DNA of 64,000 bases from Chthoniobacteraceae bacterium (lineage in GTDB: Bacteria > Verrucomicrobiota > Verrucomicrobiia > Chthoniobacterales > Chthoniobacteraceae), in NCBI GenBank assembly GCA_031409335.1, contig JANNWY010000083.1, forward strand, positions 64,001 to 128,000, read 5' to 3'. The notes beneath the pieces were generated by a model that did not search any database, was not told the origin of the DNA, and saw only the letters and a program-made list of their open reading frames with translations. Made by a program: the position numbers and the translations under genes. Position 1 is the first letter of the stretch. The number at the start of each line of letters is the position of its first letter. This document shows, piece after piece, positions 37,539 through 47,084 of the stretch.

Positions 37539-40340
37539 ATGAATCCCGAAGCCACCAGCGAAACGAAATTCGCGTTCGAAGCGTTCTTTCCGCTTTGGTC
37601 GATCCTGCTCTTTGGCATCGTCGTTGTTGTGCTATCGATCTGGCTGGCCCGGCGAGATACGCGATTCGTCACCCGCCCAAAGCTGGTCTGGTTCCTTCTG
37701 TTGCTGCGCGTCTCCGCCGTGCTCATCCTGCTTTGGATGCTGGCAGGGCCAACGCTGGTGACGACGCTGCGAAAGTTCAAACGGAAGTCGATCGCGGTGT
37801 TGGTGGATCACTCCGCGAGCATGGGGCTCGTGGACTTCGCCGATGGCTCGGGGAGTGTTACCCGATGGGCGGGATCATATGGGTATGAGCCAAAGGCCGT
37901 AAAACTTCGCCAAATAGATAGTGCGGTCGCAACCATCCATGCTGCCCAAGGTCAGCTTGTGCGCTTTGGCAAGCTGCCGGACTCCGCGAACGACGGCGCT
38001 GCCGCTCGCGCGTTCTTGTCGGAGTGCGTGGAAGGAATTGCCAAAGGCTTGGAGCTGGTCCGGGCCAGCGTCCCGATTTTGCCGGGGAATTCCGATGAAC
38101 TGAAGCCCGTGCTGCTAAATGCCGCCAAAACAATCGAGGATGGATGCCTCCAGACCTTGCGGGAGAAATCCGCCGTATTTCGCGGTGGCAAATCGTTGAG
38201 TGCCTTGGAACGCGAGCGCTGGCTGCCGCAGCAGATTGAGCAGTTATCCCTTTCGGTTGCGACAATTCAGCGACTGGTCGATCAAGCCATCAAGGCGGGC
38301 GAAGCACCGGTCGCCAAGACCTCGACCCAACAGGCACTGGATGAATCGAAGCGGTCGCGACTGGATAAAGTCGAGGGTTATCTCGCTGCGGCGGAGGAAG
38401 GCTGGCTGAAGGAACTGGCCACCAAAGTGACCATTCATCGCTACGAGTTTGGTGAGAAAGTTCTGCCGGTTGCGGCGCATGGTTCCGATGGACAGGGGAA
38501 CGAGCGTCTAGCGAAACGAGCACTTTCCGCGGCTACTCAGCTCGGGACAGCCCTGCAAGAGATCGCGCTGGGAAACACTTCGGAACCACTCGCGGCGGCG
38601 ATTTTGATCACGGATGGTGGTCAAAATGCGGGCCGTGATCCGCGCGAGATTGCTGCGTCGCTGGCGAACACCGCGATGCACATCGTGCCAATTGGAAATA
38701 CCAAAATGGAACGCGACGTGATCCTGCATCACACCCATGCGCCAAAAGCAGTTTTGCAGAACGACACGGTGGTCATCGAATCCGTGGTGACAGCGTATGG
38801 CTGCGCAAAGGAGACACTACAGATTCGGCTGATGGAGAAGGACGCGGTGATCGATCAGCAAACGCTGAACGTGACGGGCGAGGTATTCGATACCCGGGTG
38901 CAACTGCGCTGGAAGGCATCGGTGCTGGGCAAGCATACCCTTGCGGTGCGAGTTACCCCGGTTAGCGACGAACGCACCGAGGAGAACAACGCGGCGACCT
39001 TGGATATCCAGGTGATGGAGGCAAAGATGCGCGTGCTGGTGGCGGATAACTTCCCGCGGTGGGAAACGCGCTATCTGCTCAATCTTTTCAAGCGCGACGA
39101 GCGGGTGACCTTTGACCAATTGCTCTTCGAGCCCCACCGGGTAAGCGGCGATGGCGTGCTTTCCAATTTCCCCATGGCACCGGAAGAGTGGTTGAAATAT
39201 CGTGTGGTTATTCTCGGCGACGTGTTGTCCTCGCAACTCACGCCAGCACATCAAAAGGCGCTTCGTGACTATGTCACTGAGATGGGTGGCAATCTCATCA
39301 TCGTAGCAGGCAAGGACGCGATGCCTGCGGCCTACGTGAACGAGCCACTTGGAACATTGCTGCCCGTCCAGCCGGGCGATCGCACCGTCTCGGGAACGGT
39401 CCCATTTTATCTCCACGTGGCGGATGAGGCGTCGGACAATCTGGCGATCCAGATTTCCGAGAACTCCGCGGCCAGCGAGCGCGTCTGGCGGGAAATGAGT
39501 CTGCGGATGCCGATCTACTCGCTTTCGGAATTCTCCAAGCCCAAGCCAACGACGCATTCACTGATCTGGGCTGGCAAGAGCAAGACGGCCTTTGATCCCG
39601 GCGACCCTTCCGCGCGCAGTTTTCTCTCCTGGCACAATGTCGGTGCGGGCCGGGTCGTCTATCTGGCGGCCCCGGTCGCGTATCAATTGCGCTACCGCCA
39701 GGGCGATGGATTTCATCACCGCTTTTGGGGGCAGTTGCTGCGCTGGATTGTCGCGCGGGATTTGGCCGAAGGCTCACAAACTATCCGGCTGAGCACGGAC
39801 AAACTGCGCTACGAAGTCGGCGAGCCAATTCAGGTTTCGGTGCAGCTCAGGCAGCTTGATGGCAAGGTCGTGAGTGGAGCGGCGTTGCAGATCGAGGCAT
39901 GGCAGCGCGACAATCTTTTGCACAACGTCGCCTTGAAAGAGGACGCCAGCCGGCCGGGAAGTTATCACGCGCTGGTTCCCGATGGCCCGATGGGCCTGAT
40001 GAAATTGAATCTGCTCGGCGATCGCGTGAAGGAGTTGCTCGCCTCGGAAAACTATCTCCGCCCCATCGACACCACGGTCACGATCGACCCGAACGCGATG
40101 CTCGAACTGCGGAATTCGCTTTGCAATATGCCGCTGCTTCGCGAAATCGCGGATGCGAGTGGCGGGCTGATCGTGCCTCCGACGGGTTTGGAAGCCGCGT
40201 TTGGGCAGCTGAATTTGGAGCCGGAAACCTCCGAGAGCGTCAGCAAAAAAGCCTTGTGGAATCGGTGGGACCTGTTCTACCTCTTCCTCGGGTGCCTGAC
40301 CCTCGAATGGGCGGGCAGAAAGTACTTGGGATTATCGTAG
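37539..40340 (+). CDS. Membrane protein with vWA and glutamine-amidotransferase-like domains
   Basis: Two N-terminal TMs, DHSASM, LITDG, PRWETRYL, GAGRVVY, RFWGQLLRW, C-terminal LEWAGRKYLGL. Confidence 0.8.
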   Translation: MNPEATSETKFAFEAFFPLWSILLFGIVVVVLSIWLARRDTRFVTRPKLVWFLLLLRVSAVLILLWMLAGPTLVTTLRKFKRKSIAVLVDHSASMGLVDFADGSGSVTRWAGSYGYEPKAVKLRQIDSAVATIHAAQGQLVRFGKLPDSANDGAAARAFLSECVEGIAKGLELVRASVPILPGNSDELKPVLLNAAKTIEDGCLQTLREKSAVFRGGKSLSALERERWLPQQIEQLSLSVATIQRLVDQAIKAGEAPVAKTSTQQALDESKRSRLDKVEGYLAAAEEGWLKELATKVTIHRYEFGEKVLPVAAHGSDGQGNERLAKRALSAATQLGTALQEIALGNTSEPLAAAILITDGGQNAGRDPREIAASLANTAMHIVPIGNTKMERDVILHHTHAPKAVLQNDTVVIESVVTAYGCAKETLQIRLMEKDAVIDQQTLNVTGEVFDTRVQLRWKASVLGKHTLAVRVTPVSDERTEENNAATLDIQVMEAKMRVLVADNFPRWETRYLLNLFKRDERVTFDQLLFEPHRVSGDGVLSNFPMAPEEWLKYRVVILGDVLSSQLTPAHQKALRDYVTEMGGNLIIVAGKDAMPAAYVNEPLGTLLPVQPGDRTVSGTVPFYLHVADEASDNLAIQISENSAASERVWREMSLRMPIYSLSEFSKPKPTTHSLIWAGKSKTAFDPGDPSARSFLSWHNVGAGRVVYLAAPVAYQLRYRQGDGFHHRFWGQLLRWIVARDLAEGSQTIRLSTDKLRYEVGEPIQVSVQLRQLDGKVVSGAALQIEAWQRDNLLHNVALKEDASRPGSYHALVPDGPMGLMKLNLLGDRVKELLASENYLRPIDTTVTIDPNAMLELRNSLCNMPLLREIADASGGLIVPPTGLEAAFGQLNLEPETSESVSKKALWNRWDLFYLFLGCLTLEWAGRKYLGLS

Positions 40341-40359
40341 TGCTAAAAACAAACATGCC

Positions 40360-43300
40360 ATGAATACGAATGACTCGCGGTCGAACCTTCCCCCGAACGT
40401 TGCCCAAAAGCTCAGGAGCATTCGCCGACGAGCGCGCACGCTGGCATTTCTCGAAGGGCTCGCGCGCACTGGCGCGGTCCTGATCGGTGCGATGCTCGTC
40501 GCAATGCTGATCGATTTAGCCGTGGGCTGGCTCGATCCGCGCGCGCGTTACCTCGTCACGAGCGTCGCGCTTGGCAGCGTCGCCATTCTTTGTCTGCTCT
40601 GGTGCGCGCTGCCGGTTTTGCGCCGGCGGACCATCGTCTCGACGGCTCGGGACGTGGATCAAAACGTGCCGCAGCTGGAGGAGCGCTGGTCCACCGTCAC
40701 GGAACTCGCGCAGAACAATGACGCGGCGGAAGTCCGCGGGTCACAGGCGATGATCGACAAGGTGAACTCCGAAGCGGAACTCGCGAGTGACGCGATCCAT
40801 GCCAAATCGGTGGTCTCGGCGCGGCCCCTGTTTGCCGCGGGCCGCTGGCTGCTGGGAACGGCCGCGGCGCTGGCGTTGTTGATCGCTGTCAATTTCTCGC
40901 AAGCGCGCGTGCTCCTGCATCGGTTTTGGCTGCCAGGCGACAATGTCTCACTGACCGAGTTGAGCGTCTCGCCTGCGGACACGTGGGTTCCGAAAGGGGA
41001 ATCACTGACGCTGAACGCGGCGGTGAAAGGTGCCGTCCCGAAAAGCGCGCCGAAGTTGTCGATTCGCGCGGTGTCGGGAACTGCGAAGGAAATTTCGATG
41101 TCGGCAAAGACCAGCGAAAAGGGAGCCTTCCAGCATTCAATTGCCGATGTATCGGATACCTTTGAATACCGTGCGCGGGCAGGTGATGGCCAGACGCCAT
41201 GGCATCGCATCACCGCAGTGGATCGCCCGGAAATTTCCGCGGTTAAACTCACGATCGAGCCACCGAGTTACAGCAATTTGCCGAAGGAGGAGAAGAACGC
41301 GCTGCCGCAAGGCGTCCGTGTGCTTCAAGGCAGCGAAGTGACCGTGGCGTTTAAGTGCGCGCAAGCACTGGAGAAGATGTTTCTCGACTTAGGCAATGGT
41401 CGGACCGCGCAGCTCACGAGCAGCGGGGATCAGTGGTATGAATACAAGGCGCGTGCGACGGAAAGCATTGCCTTCGCCGCGGTAGCGATCAACACGTTCA
41501 AACTGGAAAACAAAAACAGACCCGCAAGCCGGATTAGTGTCTATGAAGACCTGCCGCCGAGTGTGAAGGTGCTCGCGCCCGAGGAGGTCGCGGTGCTTCC
41601 CGGCGAGAAAGTCGATGTGGCATTCGAGGCTGCCGACGACTTTGGTGTGGCCAAGGCCGAGGTGATCGTGACGACGACCACGGCGGAGGGTGAGTCGAAA
41701 TCCTTTACGCTGCCGGTGAAGCTGGACGGAGATGAAGGTAAGAAGCAGGTGCGAAAGAACATCGAATTGGACCCGGCGGCACTCGGTCTCAAACACGGCG
41801 ATCAACTTACCTACGTGGTGAAGGTCACGGATACGAAACAAACGCCAACTGAAGCGGGCGCGGACTCACAAGCGCAGTCCAAGGTTGTGTCCGCGGAAGC
41901 TCAAGCGAGGGAGGCATCGACAGACGCGCAATCCAAGGAGTCGTCTGCGGAAGCTGAACCCAAGGACGCATCGAAAGAGGGACAATCCGAGGTCGCATCC
42001 GCGGAGGCTCTGGCCAGGGAGCAAAACGGGGAGGCGCAGAAGGGCGGAGAAACCAAACCGTCTGAAGGATCGGAAAAGGAAAATAAACCTGCGGATCAGG
42101 AACCTTCTTCTTTGACGGCGAAGGCTTCGGAGCAGAAGCAGGAGAAAAAGCCAGCAGACGGCAGCAGTCCGCCGCCAAATGAAATGGCTAAACGCGCGCT
42201 CGACGCAGCCGGCCAATGCTCCTCGTGCAAGGCAGTCAAGGTCACCGTCGATGAATGGGCTGGGACTTTTGAAGGTGAGAAGCGGAAGAAGCTCGAGATC
42301 GCGATCGCGCCGGTCCTGGAGCAGATCGAGAAACTCCTTAAAACGGCGGATGCCAAAACGGACGTGCTGAAATCCGCTGCAACATCGCCAGATGGCTTGA
42401 AGGAAAGGGACGCCGAGCCTTTGAGCACCGCGAAGGCAAATGTTGCTGAATCGAAGGGCGCAATCGCCGGGCTGAAATCGCGGACGGCTGGCACTCCGTA
42501 CGCGTTTGCCGGACTTCAGTTGCACAATATCGGCGAGGCACACGTGACTCCGTCGCACCGCAATCTCGATCAAGTTTCGATCGCCCCGCCGCCCGCGGAA
42601 GGGAATGCAAAACCGATCGAGCAGGCATCTTTCCACATTGGCCGCGCGAGGGAGATGCTGGCCGATCTCACGCGGACCTTTGAACAGGTAAAGCGCGAGC
42701 AGAAGATCGCCGATGCCATGCAGAAGCTGGCGAAGATGCATCAGATCTTCATCGAAGATACGCAGGCAATGCTTGGTAGCTCGAAGGCTGCAATCAACTC
42801 GTTCGATCGAAAGGTCGCGGAAGTGGACGATCAATTTGTCGAGAAGCTCAAGGCGTTGCTGGAAGAAAAGAAGAAGGTCTTGGCCGAGCTATCGAAGCTG
42901 CTGTCCGAAGATCCGCGCCTGCTGCGCCGCTACCTCGCGATGCAACAGCTGCAATGCGCCAGTTACCGCGATCAGATGACGCTGCTCGCGGAGCGGCAGA
43001 AGCAGGTGCAAAAACAGATCGCCGCATGGAACGCCAGCGACGAAACCGGGCGCGCGGCGTTGGTCCCGCAATTCCAGAAAGACTATGCGGCGGATCAGCG
43101 GAAAGTCGTGCTGGATGCCACGACGCTTCGCGACAATCTGGAAACATGGCTGCCGCTGGACGTGAAGCCGGATGTGAAACAGGTCGAAGCGGCGCTTCGC
43201 CAGGCGGAGAAGATCGTTGAGATGACTGCGAAGGATGCCCAGTCCGAAACGTCGGGCGACGACAGCGGAAAGGCATCCCTCGAAGCCATGCGCGCCATGC

Positions 43301-44235
43301 GGGAGAATCTCTCGCAAGTCAGCCAAATGAATTCAAAGGATAAAGTGCGGATGACCAGCTATCTCGCCAACCGTCAGGTGGAGTTGGAATCACTCATTGC
43401 CAGCCAGACTGCGCGGATGGTGGTCCAAGCATCTTTGAACCACGGAGACTTTCCGAAAGTAGCGGAAGTCACCCAGCAGGGTATCGCGCAGGAGACGACG
43501 ACGTTGAGCCAAAAACTCGAGGCGACGGAGAAACAGGTTGCGCGGCTTTCGGAGGAAATTTCCGTCAAAGCGGCCATGCTGAACAAGACCGTCAAGGGCG
43601 ACATCGTTTCTCCGCAGGATGCCTCCGTGCAGAAGCTGGCCAATAAAGACATCAAGTCTGCCGGTGAAGTGCTCAACGGAGTCGTGCCCGCGTTTGCGCT
43701 GGCGGAACAGACTTTCGACGAACTCATGCGCTTGATTATTGCAAAGCTCGACGAAGCCCCGGCACCCAGCGCGCCTGGCCAGGCACCCCAATTGGATGCG
43801 CTGCTCGCGATGCTTCAGGATGAGATGAAGGCATGTGAGAGCCTTGGCATTCCCTGTCGTCCGATGAACGTCACCGTCAACAGCGATTGGATGAAGCCCG
43901 GTGCCAGCTCTGGGCAGGGGCAGGGAATGGGTCAAGCGCAAGCCCAGGCTGCGAAGGCACAGGCGCAACAGGCCAAGGCGGACGCGGAGCGGCTCGAAAA
44001 GCAGGCGCGGGAAAACGCCCAAAACGCCGGGCAGGCAGCGATCAAGAATGCGTCCGCGCCGAAGGAAAGTCCGGTTGCGACGGGCAACCGCTCACCCGCC
44101 TGGAACAAGCTGACCTCAAGGCTCCAAAAGGACCTGCTGCAAGGCCGTGACAACACTCCGCCCGAGCAGTATCGCACGGCGATCGACAGCTATTTCAAGA
44201 TCATCTCGGAAACGACAAGTCCTGTCGAAAAATAG
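40360..44235 (+). CDS. Large membrane-anchored Ig-like/coiled-coil protein (DUF4175-like)
   Basis: Three N-terminal TMs, PPSYS, AADDFGV, long helical region, C-terminal PEQYRTAIDSYF. Confidence 0.75.
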   Translation: MNTNDSRSNLPPNVAQKLRSIRRRARTLAFLEGLARTGAVLIGAMLVAMLIDLAVGWLDPRARYLVTSVALGSVAILCLLWCALPVLRRRTIVSTARDVDQNVPQLEERWSTVTELAQNNDAAEVRGSQAMIDKVNSEAELASDAIHAKSVVSARPLFAAGRWLLGTAAALALLIAVNFSQARVLLHRFWLPGDNVSLTELSVSPADTWVPKGESLTLNAAVKGAVPKSAPKLSIRAVSGTAKEISMSAKTSEKGAFQHSIADVSDTFEYRARAGDGQTPWHRITAVDRPEISAVKLTIEPPSYSNLPKEEKNALPQGVRVLQGSEVTVAFKCAQALEKMFLDLGNGRTAQLTSSGDQWYEYKARATESIAFAAVAINTFKLENKNRPASRISVYEDLPPSVKVLAPEEVAVLPGEKVDVAFEAADDFGVAKAEVIVTTTTAEGESKSFTLPVKLDGDEGKKQVRKNIELDPAALGLKHGDQLTYVVKVTDTKQTPTEAGADSQAQSKVVSAEAQAREASTDAQSKESSAEAEPKDASKEGQSEVASAEALAREQNGEAQKGGETKPSEGSEKENKPADQEPSSLTAKASEQKQEKKPADGSSPPPNEMAKRALDAAGQCSSCKAVKVTVDEWAGTFEGEKRKKLEIAIAPVLEQIEKLLKTADAKTDVLKSAATSPDGLKERDAEPLSTAKANVAESKGAIAGLKSRTAGTPYAFAGLQLHNIGEAHVTPSHRNLDQVSIAPPPAEGNAKPIEQASFHIGRAREMLADLTRTFEQVKREQKIADAMQKLAKMHQIFIEDTQAMLGSSKAAINSFDRKVAEVDDQFVEKLKALLEEKKKVLAELSKLLSEDPRLLRRYLAMQQLQCASYRDQMTLLAERQKQVQKQIAAWNASDETGRAALVPQFQKDYAADQRKVVLDATTLRDNLETWLPLDVKPDVKQVEAALRQAEKIVEMTAKDAQSETSGDDSGKASLEAMRAMRENLSQVSQMNSKDKVRMTSYLANRQVELESLIASQTARMVVQASLNHGDFPKVAEVTQQGIAQETTTLSQKLEATEKQVARLSEEISVKAAMLNKTVKGDIVSPQDASVQKLANKDIKSAGEVLNGVVPAFALAEQTFDELMRLIIAKLDEAPAPSAPGQAPQLDALLAMLQDEMKACESLGIPCRPMNVTVNSDWMKPGASSGQGQGMGQAQAQAAKAQAQQAKADAERLEKQARENAQNAGQAAIKNASAPKESPVATGNRSPAWNKLTSRLQKDLLQGRDNTPPEQYRTAIDSYFKIISETTSPVEK
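41872..42033 (+). repeat. Three degenerate 54-bp (18-aa) tandem repeats
   Basis: AQSKVVSAEAQAREASTD / AQSKESSAEAEPKDASKE / GQSEVASAEALAREQNGE. Confidence 0.6.
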
Positions 44236-44239
44236 TGGG

Positions 44240-45463
44240 ATGGGAGCGCGCGTTCTTCGGCAAAGGCAGAACCCATGGAGTCATTCGCCATGGAAATCGT
44301 GGTGTGTCGCCATGCTGCTATTCGCGGGCATCGCCAACGCGAATGCCGCGGAACCCGTTGCGGCACCCACCAGTGCCGAGAGTGATTCGCTCGCGGCTGC
44401 CCTGACGCCGCAGGCATGGGAACAGGTCGAGCGTTCGATTGATCGCGCGCTTGCGTGGCTGGCCAAACAACAAGCGGCGGACGGTTCCTTTGAAGCGCCG
44501 GATACCGCGCAACCTGCCGCGACCAGCCTGGCGATTATGGCCTACCTTTCCAAAGGACATTTGCCGGGCGAAGGGCCGTATGGAAAACAGATCGACAAGG
44601 CAATCGACTACGTTGTGGGCTTGCAGCAATCGAGTGGACTGCTTGCCGCTGGCAGCGATGGTTCGACGATTTCCATTCAAACACAGTTCCAGATGGAAAC
44701 CATCCCCGCGTCCTCAAAGACGGCGAACTACAATCATGCGATCGCCGGGCTGATGCTGACCGAGGTGTACGGCACCACCGATCGGGTTCGCGCCGCGAGG
44801 CTGAAACCGGCAATTGTGAAAGCGTTGAATTTTTCGCGCCGCGTCCAAACGCAGCCTAAATCGGTGCCGCAGGACAAAGGGGGATGGCGCTATCTGAATT
44901 CCTCGTCAGCCGGCGACTCCGACCTTTCCGTGACGAGTTGGCAGTTGATGTTTTATCGCTCCGCGAGGAATGCCGAGTTCACCGTGCCAAAGGAGTTTGT
45001 GGATGATGCCGTGGGTTACGTGCTGCGTTGCTGGAGCGAGCCGCAGGGTATCTTCTACTACAAACAGACTGGCACTGAGGCACGATGGAGCCGCGGGATG
45101 GTGGGTGCCGGCGTCTTGTGCCTGGCGATGGCTGGCCAGCACCAGACACGCATTTCCCAACGTGCCGGAGAATGGTTGCTGACCCGTCCGTTTCAGCAAT
45201 TCGGCGAGAGAGTTGGCGGCGGTGATCGGTTCTTTTACAGCGCCTACTATTGCAGCCAGGCCATGGCGCAGTTGGGCGGGCGATACTGGAAGCAGTTCTT
45301 TCCGAGCCTCGTCAACGTGCTGCTGCAAAATCAGCAGTCGTCAGGCGAATGGCCGGCGGAACCGTATGGCTCGGACCGGTCATTTGGGAATACCTATACC
45401 ACCGCGATGGCGGTGTTATCCCTCACGCCACCGTTGCAACTCCTGCCGGTTTATCAGCGGTAG
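44240..45463 (+). CDS. Secreted prenyltransferase/squalene-oxidase-repeat protein
   Basis: QW-like repeats RALAWLAKQQAADGSF, GGWRY...DLSVT, QQSSGEW, YTTAMAVLSL; start uncertain. Confidence 0.85.
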   Translation: MGARVLRQRQNPWSHSPWKSWCVAMLLFAGIANANAAEPVAAPTSAESDSLAAALTPQAWEQVERSIDRALAWLAKQQAADGSFEAPDTAQPAATSLAIMAYLSKGHLPGEGPYGKQIDKAIDYVVGLQQSSGLLAAGSDGSTISIQTQFQMETIPASSKTANYNHAIAGLMLTEVYGTTDRVRAARLKPAIVKALNFSRRVQTQPKSVPQDKGGWRYLNSSSAGDSDLSVTSWQLMFYRSARNAEFTVPKEFVDDAVGYVLRCWSEPQGIFYYKQTGTEARWSRGMVGAGVLCLAMAGQHQTRISQRAGEWLLTRPFQQFGERVGGGDRFFYSAYYCSQAMAQLGGRYWKQFFPSLVNVLLQNQQSSGEWPAEPYGSDRSFGNTYTTAMAVLSLTPPLQLLPVYQR

Positions 45464-45554
45464 CAGCGAAGGAGGGAAACGGGCTTCGCGCATGGTTCCA
45501 ACCTGGCTGTCGATCCACCCATCCCGTGACGCTGCGACTTCGTCCAAATGCCTG

Positions 45555-47084
45555 CTATGGCGCGGCGGCAACCTGCACGTCGAACACACCCGTGAGCACG
45601 CGGCCGCCGATGCGGACCTGCACCCACAGCCGATACGCGCCCGGCCGCGGAAAGGCGTATGGGAAAGTGATCGCGGTGGTCGGATCGACCTTCTCCTGAG
45701 GGGAAATTTCCATGCGCTCACTGGCATTGAGGATTTCCTGCGCGGCCATCGAAATCGTGCCGACGGGATGGAGGTGGGTGAAGACTTCGCCATCCTCGCG
45801 CCGCACCACCGCGTGGCCGCGCATGGCCATGTAGGATTGGATCGCCGCGCGTTCGCCCCCCGCGGTGAAGACGCTGAAGCGCAATGATGCCTCCCGGTTT
45901 TCCACAAGATCGCCGGCATTCTCGAAGACCATGCTGCTGCCGCCCATGAGTCGGCTGACTTGCGCGCGCGAGGCAGCGGCGGGACGCGGCGGCGGGCTGA
46001 TGTGCCACGAGTCGTCGGCGTCGAGCGTGAAAGGTTGCGCGCCATTTCCGATCGGGACGAGTGGCGACTGGCAGATGATTTCGTTGAGCATTTTCGGGTC
46101 GAGCGCGGCTTGCGCGGCGGTGCCGATCGGTGGGGGAATTTCAACGCTCGCGGTGAGCGTTTCGCTGGTGCCGTTTTCGCGCGTGATTTCTCCGTAGAGC
46201 CGGTAGGTGCCGGCGGGCAGCGCGGGGAGCACATTTTCAAACGAGGCCGCATCGCGCCGCACCGGATGGAGGTGGGCGAAGGCATTGCAGCCGGGCTCGC
46301 GGACGAGGAAGAGGTGCATGAGTTTTCCGTGATCGGCGACGAGTGTTTCCCATTCTTCAGAGGCAGTCTGCGGAGTGAGTCGCAAGCGATGCACGGGGCC
46401 GTTGGCGAGGATGTTTGCGACGACGGGGAGCGGGCGGGCGAGGGCGTTGGTGCGGAATTCGCGATCCATCGTGCGCCAGCGCGCGGTGCCTGCGCCGAGC
46501 GCGGTCGTGAGGATGAGCGTGGTGGCGATCATGGCGATGCGCGCGCGGCGGTGGTCGCGCAGTGCGGGGGCGCATCCGGGCGCGAGTGTGCCCTCGCGCG
46601 CCACCGCGCCCACGATGCAAACCGCGCCGATCAGCAAAATCCCGCCAAGGCCGGCGAGCACGGCCCCGAGCGCGGGCGGCATCGCCGGGCGTCGCGTGGC
46701 GGCGGAGTTGAGGGGCACGACTACGGAGCCATTGCCGAGCGAGCCTTCGACCGTGACGCGGATGCTGTAGGCACCATCGCGGAAGAGCCACAGTGCGGCG
46801 TTGAAAAGGTGCGCGTCACCCGCGACGGCGGTCGCGCGGAGCGGCGGGGGCGCGGCCTCGTGGCCGGCTTCCGCCAAAGCGGCTTGCAGCGAAACATCGC
46901 TGACGCCATCCGTGCCGACACGCACATCGACCTGCGCGACGCCCGGCAGCGTCGCGGGCGGGCGGATGATGACGCGCACCGGATGCGGCCCGGCGTTGCC
47001 TTCAAAAAAAACATTTGGACTCCCGATGTGTGCGCGCGCCCCGAGCGGGAGCAGGATGAGGAAAGCGCAGAGGAGCGCCTTCAT
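45555..47084 (-). CDS. His-rich exported protein with two internal TMs, putative metal-binding
   Basis: MKALL...ARA|HIGSP (His1), two TMs, duplicated motifs HGKLMHLFL...FAHLHP and YMAMRGHAVV...FTHLHP; ATGA overlap with the upstream gene. Confidence 0.75.
   Translation of the reverse strand: MKALLCAFLILLPLGARAHIGSPNVFFEGNAGPHPVRVIIRPPATLPGVAQVDVRVGTDGVSDVSLQAALAEAGHEAAPPPLRATAVAGDAHLFNAALWLFRDGAYSIRVTVEGSLGNGSVVVPLNSAATRRPAMPPALGAVLAGLGGILLIGAVCIVGAVAREGTLAPGCAPALRDHRRARIAMIATTLILTTALGAGTARWRTMDREFRTNALARPLPVVANILANGPVHRLRLTPQTASEEWETLVADHGKLMHLFLVREPGCNAFAHLHPVRRDAASFENVLPALPAGTYRLYGEITRENGTSETLTASVEIPPPIGTAAQAALDPKMLNEIICQSPLVPIGNGAQPFTLDADDSWHISPPPRPAAASRAQVSRLMGGSSMVFENAGDLVENREASLRFSVFTAGGERAAIQSYMAMRGHAVVRREDGEVFTHLHPVGTISMAAQEILNASERMEISPQEKVDPTTAITFPYAFPRPGAYRLWVQVRIGGRVLTGVFDVQVAAAP

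Noticed and set aside
44240..45463. Squalene-hopene cyclase
   Set aside because: Single barrel of about 400 aa, signal-like N-terminus, no DXDD motif
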